A DNA stretch of 64,000 nt, from NCBI GenBank assembly GCA_964187785.1, contig OZ076411.1:86614001-86678000 (forward strand), in the 5' to 3' direction. Of this stretch, positions 14,225-27,970 are shown piece after piece. The position numbers were made by a program, and so were the translations under genes. Source of the stretch: Amphiscolops sp. MND2022 (Eukaryota). The notes beneath the pieces are model-generated. The model did no database searches. It worked only from the letters and a program-made list of their open reading frames with translations, and had not been told where the DNA came from. The first letter of the stretch is position 1, and each line of letters opens with the position of its first letter.

Positions 14225-17076
14225 GTTTTGAATACGGGTAATCGTACTTTATCAGTGAAAATATAAAAATATGTTAACGCGCAGTAGTTGTACAAACCGT
14301 TCTATTATTCAAACCCAATTTAAGTTATATTTTCTGATTGAATAATTGAAATATTCATAATCGGACTTACTTCATGCCTCCTACGAGGAAACAGAAAAGC
14401 AAGGCTAGAAAGTCAAGAGAAGCAGAATTGCTGTCGGACTTGGAAAATATGACATAATGCAAGAAGACAATTATCAATTCTAAAGGGAAGATAGTGAATT
14501 TGGAAACTCGGCCAGACGGCCTGACAGCCCTACGATGTGTTGTGACCTACGATGCATTGGTAGGTCATAACACTAATTCACACTCCAACTCTCGTGAAAA
14601 TGAGATTAGGCATTTTATCCGATACAGTCACAACTCGGGAGAAATTGACACCAGTAGTGAGATAAATCGGCTGCCAGGAGAACTTAATCAGGGAATTCAG
14701 AAGAAACGAATGGATTCTTCTTCCATCGAAGTGAAGCAGCGAAGTAATTCAAAACAATCTAACAAAGAAAGAAAAACTAAAAAAAAACTGGGTCATTTTG
14801 ATGAACCATCTCAATCAATAATTTTTGTTGTGAGTCTTATATCCCTATATTGTTTTGTTCGTTGCAATAAAGTGCCCCCATTAAAATGACGGTGTGTTTA
14901 GTTTGTGTTGATTTTGTAAAGTGATACATGAAGTGTGTAATTTGGCAAAACAGGCAATTAATGTGTTCAATCACTATAGTACGTATCCAGCATCGTTTGG
15001 ACTCTGAAGTGAAAGGAGTTGAGGTAAGTTTTTTAGAGAGATTACAAACAGACATGTAGTGTTAGTGCTCATTAAAAGAACAACCAGTATAATACAATTC
15101 AATTCAATTTCTGTGTTGGATGTATGTCAAATGGTAAGTGCCTTTTAGAAATGATAGTTTATTGGTTATTACAGTACAAATCGAGTCTAGATTTCTGTAC
15201 ATAGAAAGGTTGGTTATACATAATATAGTGATATTTTTATAGTTTCGAGTTCTAGTAAATTCCAATTGATGAAATGTTAATAATAATATTTTTCTCATTT
15301 TTTAAAATAAGTCCATCACTTCATCCGGTTCGGCAACTTTTTGAATGTTTTTTGATGATACAAGTGAAATTTCGCTTATAAACCGGCCTTAGTAACTACG
15401 AAATAACGGCGTTAACAAATTGCAAAGTCCCCATATTGTTTTCGGTTTGTCAGCAAAGCTGAAAACGTCATAGTTGATTGGGCAGTTTCCGTTGTGTTCT
15501 GAAATAATACAAGGATACATGCGTGAATCATGTACCTTTCCCTTGTGATACCAATATTTTCACAGTATAATTCGTTTCAAAACGCGATTAATTTTCTTCT
15601 TTAAAAAGAAAAATTTATGATAGAAAGTTTGCTGTATGAAGCGCGCTGTTGCACGCAAACCATAATTTTTGAAGATTGCAAAATAGCAAAATCAGATGCC
15701 TCTCTTAAGTACTGCTTGTTTCTTCTATAGTGCGCTCTGCATAGGTTTTGTCATTCTCAAATGACGAAAAAGTCTGTCACATAAAGCTAGAACTCTTTTA
15801 CTTAAAAATGGTATTATGTATAACCACACATTATGCTGAGACCCGTTTGTCACTGCACTTTCGAAAGATGAACAGATGATTCAGACAACACGAAGTAGAG
15901 CCAAAAAATCACGCTTTCGCACGTGCCTGAAATGTAACTGAAATTATTCATCGATTGTACGCATTTTTGTTTTAAATATGTGTTAAATACGATATATAGT
16001 GAAACTTAGAATATCCAGACTCCAAAAAACATCATCAACGTTTTTATACTTGAGAAAAATTCTATAGTGAGATATTTGAACTCTCAAAGCGTTTGCTCGC
16101 TGCCAATTGGTTAGAAGCATCTAGATAAGGCATCCAAAACTGGATTTGCGTTTTTGTTCTGTATTTTTTGTTCGACATATGTAATTTCGCAAAACTATTT
16201 CGAGAAAATATAGAGGCATTTTATTCGAAGTCACGATATTAAAAGTTTCACTATATTCCTCGAACATCAGAAGAGAAGACATTTTACGATGGCGTATAAA
16301 TTTCCGGAAGAAAATGACGTCCCCGGTACGTATGATATTATTTCTTTGTACTTTTGTCAACCATTTTTCCGCCATATGGTGCAGATACAAAATTGAAAGA
16401 TAACTACTTTCAAAAGATTTTTTAGGATTTGAGAAACGTTTTTAAAACTGTGAGGACAAATGATAACTTGTAGTAATTTTTCTCTTCAGCTTTAAATTTG
16501 GCCAGTGCTAAACATTTTGAAATCGTTCTTTGTTCGTAAAAATCAGTTGTGAAAACATGTATCGACATCTCGATATTAAAAAGGGGTATTTGTTTTAATT
16601 TTGGATGCCGCTTTAAGCTATTTTATCACAATTTTTCACTGCGGTTGTTTTTAGTTGACGCATTTGAGCAGAAATGCGCACGACTAATACAGTGAGTTTT
16701 TTGCCAGATGATAATCTCAAATTGAATGTTTTTTTGTACAATCTCCACCTGACACTCCTGCAGAGGTTGAAAAGCAAGCGCTCCCATTTGTCCCAACACG
16801 CAATATCCGAACTTTCGACGTTATATCCGAGGTAAACTGCGGAAGAAGCGGAAGATCGAAAAAAGCGGTCAAATTTGTCTTAGCACGCTAAATAATAGCA
16901 CGGAAAAGAGGATTAGCTAGAGCTGCAAAGGTAATCAGGTTGCCCAGACGGCACACCTTGGTCCTGCAGTGACCTAAACATTAGTTTTAACACAAAATTG
17001 GTCTCCAGCGGGGACTTTACAAATGCCGATAAGGCTCCCATTTTAGAACTCTGGGCCAACATGATGGCACACTTCT

Positions 17077-17208
17077 TGTTGACAGTAAAAATTCCAAAAC
17101 TTCATACTCTGAAATTCAAACTTTCATTGACTTCTATTTCTACCATTTTTCTAGTTTGTTCACTCTTTCTCAATTCCACTCTTCATTCAAGTTGCTTTAC
17201 TCAAACCA
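17077..17208 (+). repeat. BEL/Pao 5' LTR (132 bp)
   Basis: TGTTGACAGT...CTCAAACCA; differs from the 3' LTR by about 5 transitions and 1 indel by eye. Confidence 0.93.
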
Positions 17209-17213
17209 ATTTT

Positions 17214-17228
17214 TGGTGGCCATTGAAA
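17214..17228 (+). promoter_or_regulatory. Putative primer-binding site of the BEL/Pao element
   Basis: TGGTGGCCATTG starts 5 nt after the 5' LTR end; the tRNA was not identified. Confidence 0.55.
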
Positions 17229-17492
17229 ACAACTTTCATTCAACAAAAAATCGATGCTTTACTGACAAAATAGGCTTGCCAATTACTTTCAAAACAAGCT
17301 TATTTAAACCCCCAACCTTTCAAAAACAAAAAAACAAGCTTTCAGAAAATTTTTCCCCATTCAAAGTTTCAAAGCTATAACGTCAATCCGTACAGGATAC
17401 GTTCCACTGGATACGAAATATTTCAAAGTCCAAGAATTTCCCAAGTATCCAAGGTTTGAAAAATCGACGCATCCAAAGTTTTTAAAGGGAAC

Positions 17493-17880
17493 CTCAAAGT
17501 AACTCAAAGCAATCTTCGTCAATTTTCAAAGATTCAAAGTTCGTAACAACAAATTCAAAGTGACTCACAGCAATCCTCGTCAAAATTCAAAGATTCGAAG
17601 TTTGTAAAGACAAATTCAAAGTGACTCAAAGCAATCCTCGTCAATATTTAAAGATTCAAAGTTTTCAAAGGCAACTTCAAAGTAGTTCAAAGCAATCTCC
17701 GTCAATTTTCAAAGATTCAAAGTTTGTAAAGACAAATTCAAAGTGACTCAAAGCAGTCTTCATCAGTATTCAAAAATTCAAAGCTTGTAAAGACCAATTA
17801 AAGGTAATTCGATTCAGTCTTCGTCAGTCTTCGAAATTTGGAACAGCAAATTCAAAGTAATTTAAAGCAATAATCACCAC
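17493..17880 (+). repeat. ~61-bp tandem repeat (about 6 copies) in the BEL/Pao leader
   Basis: Unit ttcaaagtgactcaaagcaatcctcgtcaattttcaaagattcaaagtttgtaaagacaaa repeated head to tail with divergence. Confidence 0.85.
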
Positions 17881-18021
17881 TCTTCAAAGATATCAAGATT
17901 CTCGCAAAGTATTCAATGTCAAGACCAGCTCAAAGTGCAAAGAAATGTCAAGTAACGTTAAGCCAAGTAAGGAAAAAGAGCTCTGAAACAGCAACAAAAA
18001 ACTACGTGATCAAAAGCCAAA

Positions 18022-19815
18022 ATGACAGAGATTGAAACGCAAAAGAAAAGCCGTGCTTCCCACAAGTCGGTTGCCCTTAAATACTGGACAGAAGCAGAAT
18101 CCCTAATTCTGCCAACGCCCTCTGTAAGCATCGCCGATGCAGTTATCCGGCTCGAACAACTACACAAAAATCTTTCAAGAAAACAAACCTTCCTAAACGA
18201 CCTCAACCTACAAATTCAAGCAAAATTCGAAAACGAAGAAATCTTGGAAACCGACATCCTGCAATCCGAAGAATTTGACGATAAACTAGTTCAACAGCTA
18301 GACCAGATAGACCGATTCATCAAAAGCATCACACCAGCTCTACGTGGAACAACATCAACATCATCATCAATTACAAGAAGCACACCCCCATTAACTACAG
18401 CGAAGTTGCCAAATCTGGATCAACCAACCTTTTCAGGAGATTATCTCCCATGGACAACATTCTTCGACTTGTTCACAGGAGCAGTTGATAACAACGGCAT
18501 CCTGCAGAACAGCCAGAAGCTCCAGTATCTCAAAGCATCTTTGAAAGGCGATGTAGCAAAGCTCCTAGCATCGGTAACAATCACTGACGCTGATTACCCT
18601 GTCGCCTTGAAGATGTTGCGAGACCGCTACCAAAACAACCGCATGATCTTCCGCGCCCATGTACATGCCATATCTACACAGAAACAGCTTACCAATGAAA
18701 CCGCTAAAGATCTTCGTCAACTTGTAGAAAACGTGGAAAAACATCGTTTGGCCCGGGAGAACATGGGTCAACCAGTCAACCAGCAAGACATCTTTCTCGT
18801 ATATCTCGTCAACGAAAAACTCCCTGCTGACACGAGGAGGTTTTGGGAGCTCTCAACGCCTGGAACGGATCCTCAAACTTACAACGTTTTGAAAAAATTT
18901 CTGGAAGCTCGATGCTTGGCTTTGGAAGCATCAACACTCTCAGGGCCAACTATTTCATCACAGCATCGGGTTACAACTCGTGAAAACAACAACCAACAAT
19001 CGCGTTCCTCACAACGGAACTACAATACCAATACGACGACTAACGAAATCAATTGCGAGTGTTGCAATGGCACTCACAAATTACATCCAAAATTCAAGCA
19101 ACTTTCAGTCCCAAATCGAGCTGATTTCGTGAAAATGAAGAAACTTTGCTTCAACTGCTTGCGAGCAGGTCACCGACAACAAGAATGCAAAGGATCGAAC
19201 TACAAAAATTGCAACCTGAAGCACCACACTCTACTTAACCTACAATCACCACGACAAACACGTTCTGTCAACAGTACAGTTGCGGATAACAATCGACACA
19301 ATGAATCAGAACAAACAACTAATACGGAATCACCGCCACCAGAACAGTTCACAGCTACTTCGCTTTCTCCTCAAACAACCCGAACAGTGTTCTTACAAAC
19401 AGCCATGATACCAATCTTGGTAAACTGTGAAACCACCCTCTGCCGAGCACTTCTCGATTCAGGTTCCCAAAGTAACCTCATCACTGAGAATCTAATCACA
19501 CAACTAGGTCTTCCAGTGAAAAAACAACAAGTGCGCATCTTTGGTCTGGGCGCCAAGGATGAGCTACAACATCGCGGAACCACAGACTTCCTTATCACCC
19601 CGAAAAGAGCAGCAGCTATTCCAGTGAGAGCCTTTGTAATGTCAAAGCTCACCAACATCTTGCCTTCATGCAAGGTTTCCACTTCGTCTTTCAAACATCT
19701 TCCAAACCTCAAGCTCGCCGATCCAACATACCTTCTGGAATCGACATGCTCATTGGAGTTGAACTTTATGAAACCATCATGTTGGATGCACGGATCAAGG
19801 AAAACAACAATGTAA
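18022..19815 (+). CDS. gag: BEL/Pao Gag (DUF1759-like, Cys/His knuckles) plus aspartic protease; frameshifted at its 3' end
   Basis: KLPNLDQPTFSGDYLPWTTFFDLF, QKLQYLKASLKG, LCFNCLRAGHRQQEC...CNLKHHTLL, protease ALLDSGSQSNLIT. Confidence 0.9.
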   Translation: MTEIETQKKSRASHKSVALKYWTEAESLILPTPSVSIADAVIRLEQLHKNLSRKQTFLNDLNLQIQAKFENEEILETDILQSEEFDDKLVQQLDQIDRFIKSITPALRGTTSTSSSITRSTPPLTTAKLPNLDQPTFSGDYLPWTTFFDLFTGAVDNNGILQNSQKLQYLKASLKGDVAKLLASVTITDADYPVALKMLRDRYQNNRMIFRAHVHAISTQKQLTNETAKDLRQLVENVEKHRLARENMGQPVNQQDIFLVYLVNEKLPADTRRFWELSTPGTDPQTYNVLKKFLEARCLALEASTLSGPTISSQHRVTTRENNNQQSRSSQRNYNTNTTTNEINCECCNGTHKLHPKFKQLSVPNRADFVKMKKLCFNCLRAGHRQQECKGSNYKNCNLKHHTLLNLQSPRQTRSVNSTVADNNRHNESEQTTNTESPPPEQFTATSLSPQTTRTVFLQTAMIPILVNCETTLCRALLDSGSQSNLITENLITQLGLPVKKQQVRIFGLGAKDELQHRGTTDFLITPKRAAAIPVRAFVMSKLTNILPSCKVSTSSFKHLPNLKLADPTYLLESTCSLELNFMKPSCWMHGSRKTTM

Positions 19816-22800
19816 CATACCGTGATTCATTGTTTGGGTGGGTTGTCATTGGAGGTTCGCCTTCAGTGTCAATTCAAACCCTCACAACCTGCCTTAGCTC
19901 ATTGAGTTCGACTCCCGAAGAAGAAATCCTCATGAGATTTTGGGAGATTGAAGATCTTCCTCAAAGCCATCACTTCACTAAAGAAGAACAAGCACGCGAA
20001 CAACACTTTCAACAAACCACAACCCGGAATGAAGATGGACTATTCATTGCCAGACTACCTTTCAAAGAAGACGCCTTACCCCTTGGTGACTCTTTTCAGC
20101 AAGCAAAACGTCGCCTCGAAACACTTCTCCACCGACTTTCTAAAAATGAGAGCCTCTATACTAGATACGCAGCCTTCATCAAGGAATTTTTGGATCTGGG
20201 ACACATGGAGAAAATCCCGGAGTCTGAAATTCCAATCGCAACCAGCAAGTCATTCTACCTGCCACACCACTGTGTTCTCAAGGAATCCAGCACGACAACC
20301 AAACTTCGGATGGTTTTTGACGCCTCGGCGAAAACAACCTCCGGAGTCTCATTAAACGACAACCTTATGCTTGGTCGAAGATCCAAAAAGACCTGTTCGA
20401 GATCTTGATCAGGTTCAGATTTCACGAGGTGGCTTTTCAGCCGACATTGCCAAAATGTACCGCCAGGTACTTCTCGACAAAGGAGACAAAGATTTTCACA
20501 GACTACTTTGGAAAGAAACACCATCATCAACTCTAGAATATTACCGCATGACTCGAAACACTTACGGTGTAACATCAGCTGGTTTCCATGCCATACGACC
20601 CTTGTTCGAGTTAGCCGAGACAACACAGCACCCCACCGCCGCCCTAGCGCTCAAATCGGACATGTACGTCGACGATCTATTAACCGGAACCGCCTCCAAA
20701 GAAGAAGCTGAACTACTGCAAGTTACCCTCATCAAACATGTAGCTAATGCCGGTTTCCATCTACGCAAGCGGTCATCGAGTGATCTTTCACTCGTTGAAC
20801 GCCTTCCCGAAACATATCGAGAATCAGCCGACACCAGACACATCGAGTCTGAAGAGTATTTCATCAAAACACTTGGCGTCGTCTGGAAACCTTCAACGTG
20901 AAATCGGCCGATAAAGCCCCACAAACGAAACGACAAATACTCTCTGAAGTCACCCGCATCTTTGACCCGTTGGGTCTCCTTTCACCAATTGTCATCCAAT
21001 TGAAGTCGTTCATTCAAGCACTTTGGTTGGATAATTTGTCTTGGGATCAACCATTGAATCACAAGCTTTCACAACAATACAAACATCTCAGTGGCGACCT
21101 CAAGTCAAACGAAGATATCGACACCCCGAGATTCATTCTCGATAAGAATGAACCTTCCAAAAACACACTTCAACTACATTGCTTTTGTGACGCCTCTACA
21201 ACTGCTTACGCCGCAGTTGTCTACATTCGCCAACCCGTCAGCCAAGGACACTTTCGAAGCCAGCTTCTCGTCGCATAAACACGAGTGGCAACAATCAAAA
21301 CACTTTGTATTCCTCGATTAGAGCTCTGTGCAGCTCTTTTGGGAGCGCAACTTGTTCAATCGATCAGAATCGCCTTGGATGACGAACGATTTCCCGACCT
21401 CGAAGTTTTTGCTTGGACCGATTCTAAAATCACACTGGCTTGGATAAAAAATCATCCGAGACGTTGGAAAACTTTCTTTGCTAATCTCGTAGCGAAGATT
21501 CAAAAGTCAGTCCCGGCAGAAAACTGGAAACATGTCCCCACTGAATCCAATCCAGCCGACTGTGCCAGCAGAGAAATGTCGCCTCAAAAACTTCAAAGTC
21601 ACCATCTGTGGTTGCAAGGACCTCAGTGGCTGCGCATGCCAGCTTCAGCGTGGCCTCAAATTGACATTTTTTTGCCAGAAGAAAGTCTAAAAGAAGCTAA
21701 AAGGCTAAACAACTCTGTTCAGCTTGACAACAGAAAACTTGTGATTATTAACATTCACGACGACACAACCCAGAAACACCCAAGTCTTGTTTACCTGCCA
21801 GTCCGTAAACAAGCAATCCTGAACCACAACAAACGAGAAACAGCAGCAACAGCAAAAACACCAGAAGAAGAAGAAGAACCGAAAGAACAAGCAAACGATT
21901 AAGAAGAAGAAGAACAACAACAACAACAAAAAGAAGAAGTAGAAGAACAAGAAGAAGAAGAAGAAGAAAAAAAAGAAGATAATCAAGAATGAGAGAAAGA
22001 ACCACAGCCACATCTGGAGAACTCCTCACAATCACACCAGTCCAATCGCACCTCCAGAGATTACACTGATGCCGACAATGCAATAATCGTTGCAGCCAAT
22101 AAATTTTCGAGTTTCAAGAAGCTCGTCAACGTTTTCGCTTTCGTCCTCAGGTTTATTTCAAATGTGAAACAAAACAAGAAACCGACAGAAGAAAGAAGAA
22201 GACATTCAACACACAATATGCAAAGGATAGCCCCCTTTCCGCCGCCGGAATTGAAGAAGCAAGAATACTTATTTTCCGAACATTTAAAAACAGCACCTCA
22301 CAGAGTTTGAAGTCCTCAAACAACAAAAGATTGCCCCGCAAGAGCACACATAGGGCCCTTGCTCCCTTTTTTGACGAAGAGGAAAAATCCGCCGATTTGG
22401 TGGACGTCTCGCCAACAGCAACAGTCATCATGTGGATTTCAAATACCCAAACATTGTACCCCGGCAATCGATTATCAACGCACCCCTAATCCGAGAAACA
22501 CACCTTCATTGCCTCCACGGAGGTTGGCAACTAACATTGTCAACTCTACGACAAACAGTTTGGATACCGAACGTAACTCGCCTTTTCCAATCCATCATTC
22601 GAAAATGTCCTCAATGCGCTCGCTTCAACAGCCATCAACGTCAACCTCAAATGGGAGACTTACCGCAAGAACGTATCTCTCCTTCAACACCCTTCAGCCA
22701 CACCGGTCTAGACTATTGCGGCCCTATCACCACAAAAACAGTAAAAATCTACGTCGCATTTTTCATCTGTTTCTCAACGAAAGCAGTTCATTGAGAACCT

Positions 22801-23504
22801 GTCAACTCACTCACCAAAGAAGCCCGGCTTTCTACCCTACAACGTTTTATTTTGCTCGCCGCGGACTACCAAGTGCCATCTACAGTAACAAATCTCGAAC
22901 CTTTACAGGAACACACGCTGAACTCGAAGTACAACGGATGTTAGCAGAACAAAACATTACCGAGTCCCTTGAACCCTTCACAGCCTATCACAAGATTCAA
23001 TGGCTCACAATCCCGCCACGTTCACCCCACTTCGGCGGTCTTTGGGAAGCAGCCGTTAAGTCTTTCAAACGACATGTTCTAAAAACCACAGGCAAGACAA
23101 CTCTACCTCTAGAAGAATTAACAACATTACTGCCCCAAATCGAAGCCATTATGAATTCTCGTCCATTAACTTCACCATCCAATGACCCAAACGACTTTCC
23201 AACACTAACACCTGCACACTTCCTAATTGGACGACCACTGCTGACAGTTCCATACTCTGATCCACCCGACAAAGCGGACCTCACACTCATCAGAAGATTC
23301 CAACAACGCCAGCAAGCATCAATTTTTTTCTGGAAACGATGGTCCTTAGAATATCTCACAACTCTTCAACAGCGAACTAAGTGGACAGCGGAACAAGAAA
23401 ACCTGCAAATTGGAGACATCGTTTTCTTGAGGACGTCACCAATGATGTGGCCGATGGCTAAAGTCATTAAAGTTTTAATGGGAATGACCAATTGTCTGCG
23501 TTGA
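19668..23504 (+). pseudogene. pol: BEL/Pao pol (RT, RNase H, integrase) broken by frameshifts and stops
   Basis: YLPHHCVLK..TTKLRMVFDAS, ADIAKMYRQV, YVDD, LHCFCDASTTAYAAVVY, IPRLELCAA, WTDSKITLAW, NPADCASR, HLHCLHGG, TGLDYCGP, PHFGGLWEAAVKSFK spread over several frames. Confidence 0.92.
21835..22010 (+). repeat. GAA/CAA-rich simple repeat inside BEL/Pao pol
   Basis: Runs of gaagaagaa and caacaacaa between the RNase H and integrase segments. Confidence 0.85.
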
Positions 23505-24140
23505 TGAAATCCGGACCCGAAGAGGATCATACGTGCGGCCAGTCCATCGGCTATCATTATTCCTTCCGGCAGAAGTATCCCATGGAAACAACCAAGACAT
23601 CAACCAGTAACAAAGTCATCAACGAAAAAGAAACTTGCAGCATTGGATTGGTTTCAAAGTTAACAACAAAGACCAGAAGATAAAAACTAAAGATAAAGAT
23701 AGCAATCCTACATCCAGTTTTCATTTACCTCATCATCGTAACGTAACTATTCAACAACATCATTAACAGATTTTCAAGAAACGAAGTAATCGCATAAATT
23801 CCCTGTAAAACAAGTTTCATTATTTAAATGAGCTTGTTTTTTGGTTCTTCCAAAAACGTTTACACCCAGTTCCGTCCTTCTTCGTCACGCCGTTTTTGTT
23901 TATTCCGTATTTGTGTTATATTATGGGTACTGGGTCTTGTTTTTTGTCTCTACTGCTCTTCAATTGGAACTTGGTATGGATACCCGTCGTGTCAACTATT
24001 CAACTTAACCAAAGCTTAGTATAAATTCTTTTTTCAAAACAATGCCTTTTTTTCACTAAGTCATACAAATGCTACTTTGTACCCTGTATGTTTGCAGGAC
24101 CTCCACCAAGCTATTGAACCCGTTCAAGGGGGCCTGTATA

Positions 24141-24271
24141 TGTTGACAGTAAGAACTCCAAAACTTCATACTCTGAAACTCAAACTTTACTGACTTCTAT
24201 TTCCACCATTTTTCTAGTTTGTTCACTCTTTCTCAATTCCACTCTTCATTCAAGTTGCTTTACTCAAACCA
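24141..24271 (+). repeat. BEL/Pao 3' LTR (131 bp)
   Basis: Near-copy of 17077-17208; preceded by purine tract AAGGGGG at 24126-24132. Confidence 0.93.
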
Positions 24272-26487
24272 CTCCTAGTCCGGACAAGCGCGTAAAAACG
24301 AAGCCCAGGGTTCCTGAGTGCTCCCAGCATACCTCCGAGGTCCGAAAATTGCAATTAGGCGAAATTGATTAAACTGGCAATAAGTAGCAAAAATGATAGA
24401 TCTGCAAATTCATACTTTTACAAAAACCTGAAATACAATACATATGTCTGCCAATGAAACATCGAATCAAGGCCTGTCTTTTCATTTTCAAGTTCTACTG
24501 GTTGTGTTCAATGATATCATAGTGATACGTGGTGATACGTGAGTTGAGGTCACGTGATGGATGTGTCGGATGGTATTTTTCGTCTTCCATCCTGGCTTTG
24601 GTTACCTGCCAGTCTTCAAGCACTCATCATTGTTTGTGTAGTATTTCGAACGAGTTTTTGGTCACCAGGCTGATGGACGTTACATTCCGTCCGTAGATCT
24701 TAGTCACTTTCACATCCAGAGAATTGGCGTTTTGATCTACTTTTCCGATATTGAATTCCTCTTCATCGTGATCCTTTGCGTTACTCGCACTCATGGGTTG
24801 ATAATTCAAAAGATTTTCCGTTCACCTAATTTTTTTGACAAGTAAAAAGTAATTGAAGCGTTGGAGTTTACCAACATTGACAAGAGTTTACCACTTCCCC
24901 GTCAGAGAGCTGTTGTTCAGGTTAAATGTTAAGGATGCCTCTCAGCAGTCTTGTTTTTAACTTTTTTTATGCATGTACTAGGTACAGTGTAAAAACGTTT
25001 TGAGAAATAAACTGAAAAGTATCCCAAAATTTCAAAGCACAATACCCAAAAAAGTCTTTTTGATGACACAAAACGATCGAATGTGGGTAAAATAACAACG
25101 CATGGGTGAACCAGGAATTTACTTGACAAAAAACAACATGACGTTGTGGTACTGTTTTTGGACTTTCAGAAAATGTTGACACGCAGGTTTCCAGAGTTTT
25201 CACGAAAAAACACGAGCAATCCCGCTACTACCAAAAACAAACATGTGAGTGGAACGTAAGCAATGTTTCTCCACAAATTTCTGCAATGAGACTTGATTTT
25301 TGGCATTTCCCAGACATTCTACTTCGTTTTTCACAATTTTGTTCCCACTCGTTTCTTTCTGTCTGAGTGATTTTCACAAAAGGTATCAGCGAACATATGT
25401 CATCAAGCATGGGCTCTAGTTCCTGCGAAACTTCGGACAGACTTCCAGATCAGCTGTTGTTACACACACTTCTTACATATATCTTCAAAAATAAGCCGAG
25501 AAAAGCATAATTTTCACCAAATAGCGCAGTTAGCAGTGCTTGAGGATTGAAGGAACAAAATCATGTGTTCGAAGCAAGCAATTTTGAATTATTGAACTGC
25601 ATTTCTGATACTATCAGATTGTCTAGGGATGATCGTTGAGCTCGGAGCTGAACTACAAACCATACAACGCTTGTAAGCCATACTACATCTTGTAAAAATT
25701 ATTGGCGTTTATCGCGGAAAACGCACTTTTTTAACCAAGTGATAATCCGATCCTTTCAACTATGCATCATCTAATGTAATATAAAAATGAAAAACAATGA
25801 ATGTTCCCCTTTGAACAGAACTTTTTGGAGCTAACTCTGAGTGTAATCAAGGCAACACCAAAAAGCGCAATGCAAAAGGATATTCTCAGATTTTTAAGTT
25901 TCTATTCACTTTGTGTCTTAACACCGGAAGCTGGAAACGTAACGAAGAAACTCTTGACTTACTTGTTTTTCTCCATTTCATAACTAATTGTCAATTAAAA
26001 ACAAGCCGCCAGGACCAGCACAAGTCGGCGCCATATCTACGGCCCAAAAACAGCAAAAGGACTTCAAAGTGTCAAAGTAGTCTCTTCTACAGAACCAGTT
26101 GGAATTTTTTTTGAAAAAAAGTCTCGAAATGCTGAAAAAACTAAAAAGGGGACCTTTTGGTCTCGTCCGGTATTGTATGTTACGTGGGAAACCTTTTTGG
26201 TTCAGTTCCCTGGGCCAACAGGGGCAATTTAAAATTTTGTAGAACTCTTGGTACAACTATTTCGTCACTTCAGGTGTATCGAAAAAATTTTTTTGAATAA
26301 AAAAAACACTGACAAAAAGCCATGAGTATAGTCGGCTCTTTTCAAGAAAAGCGGCGACTAAGAAGGGATATTTGATTTTGTATATTCCAATTTAAACTTC
26401 ATTTGATTTCAGGCAAAAATAATTCATCGGCCTGGCAGAAAGTTAAAAATCGAAAACTTTTTTATCGTTTTCAAAATGTTATTCCAG

Positions 26488-26658
26488 GTCAATTGGTTGA
26501 TGTACCTTCGTCACCTGAAGAATGGCAAGAAATCTCAGCTCGAACAATTTGTGAAATGGATCCAGTCAAGAAGAAGCAATACGAGTATTTGCATAAGATG
26601 CTTCTGAAAGGACAGGAAAAAAGTCGGAATCCTTTCCACACCTTTGTTCTTCTCATTG
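26488..26658 (+). CDS. Candidate isolated coding exon, unknown gene
   Basis: ttccag| ... |gtaagc boundaries, 171 nt, symmetric phase 1, open frame GQLVDVPSSPEEWQEISARTICEMDPVKKKQYEYLHKMLLKG... Confidence 0.35.
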
Positions 26659-27970
26659 GTAAGCCAACTTAGCCTTCTACTTTGTGATAAAACTGTTAAA
26701 AACTAGTTGTGTTATTGTTCTAATTTCTTATAGTGAGTACATAAGAAGTCTAAGTTTCTTAACAGTGGTATCGTCTAAGTTCTAAGGTACTACTAGCTAG
26801 CTATTTCTATTTTCAATATCTCTGAGATCTCAGTTTGGTCCTTCTTCGAAGAGGAGACTCTTCTTCAGTTAAGATCCTATTTTTCTCCGAGTAGATATGT
26901 TCTACAATTTCATTAATGATTATAGTTATTTAAATTTTCTTCTAATCAATCAGAAGCGACAACAATAAGATGGGTTACTAATGACATTATCCCAAAATGT
27001 TGATTAGGTATTAATGAAGTTATCTTCAAGTGTCAGCAATCTAGTAAACTTCAATTATTTTCGAAATGGAGTGACATCTGTCTTTATAAAAGTGAGTGAT
27101 TTCAAATTTAGATAAATATTTGAAAGTTCTTGAGGACATGCATCATGTCATCACAGATAACAAAATTGTAATGAAAATGAGGATTTTGTTATTGGACTAC
27201 TATACCATTATGGGTGGGAAAGATTGCCAAATGTTCTTTTTTTTATACTAATTTTTGAGCAACCAAAAAATCAAAGGAACAAACCTTCCGCAAGTTTTTT
27301 TAAGGCAAGAACTCCACTGCCAGCCGTACGTGCTGTTGTCGTGAATGGTTTGCAGGATTCACAAGAATTTGAACCGTTTTTCAAAATGTGTCCAAATACC
27401 ATGTTCTCAGATGAAGTGACCTACTTTTAGCTCAAATATTTTAAAAAGTTATCAAGTAGCCTAAGTCAGGAAAAAAGCAAGAAAAGATATCGTGATGCGT
27501 CATATTTGTTTCGAATCAAAATCATTGAAACTCCGTTTACAAAAGTTATCAACCAACCAAAAATTTTTAACACTCACGCTCCTACTCAGTTTTACATCAC
27601 AGAAAATTGTTACCTCTCGTCTTAAATATTTTACGTTTCCCGTTTTTTCGCGTTTTGCGTTTTCATTCTACTAAGGGCTACTGAAAGGCCTAGCGATTAC
27701 CGCTGATTACTTTGACTGGTGACGGGGCCTCTAGAACCGGAGTTTTGAGCAGGAGTCCCGCACTAGGCCAATTTATTGGACACATAATGCCCCTTGTTTT
27801 TTGGAACTGTGCTGCTCTTTCCTGTTTCTTCAAATCCGAGGTTCCCCTTTTTGAGATTTAGCTATGAAAAAGACTTTTTGCTAGCGGAATACATCCCTAG
27901 GGTTATTTGGCATTGTGCGACGTACCTAAGGAAATTATTCACGAAAATATTTTTTGGAAAAACAATGCAG

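Larger units (their letters stand above)
17077..24271 (+). mobile_element. BEL/Pao LTR retrotransposon, full-length but decayed
   Basis: Two ~131-bp LTRs (TG...CA), 5-bp TSD with one mismatch (CTTCT 17072-17076 / CTCCT 24272-24276), PBS-like TGG after the 5' LTR, PPT AAGGGGG before the 3' LTR, Pao-type gag-PR-RT-RH-IN motifs. Confidence 0.95.

Noticed and set aside
14494-14889. 131-aa ORF, and a similar-looking piece at 46393-47013, as possible gag N-terminal remnants
   Set aside because: No diagnostic motif and no linked pol or LTR in the window.
21705-22083. Poly-Phe and poly-Leu ORFs on the minus strand
   Set aside because: Antisense read-through of the GAA/CAA repeat.
24540-26260. Minus-strand exon-like pieces resembling a DDE transposase (LQKFVEKHC...)
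   Set aside because: Short fragments with stops in all frames; the family cannot be supported by eye.
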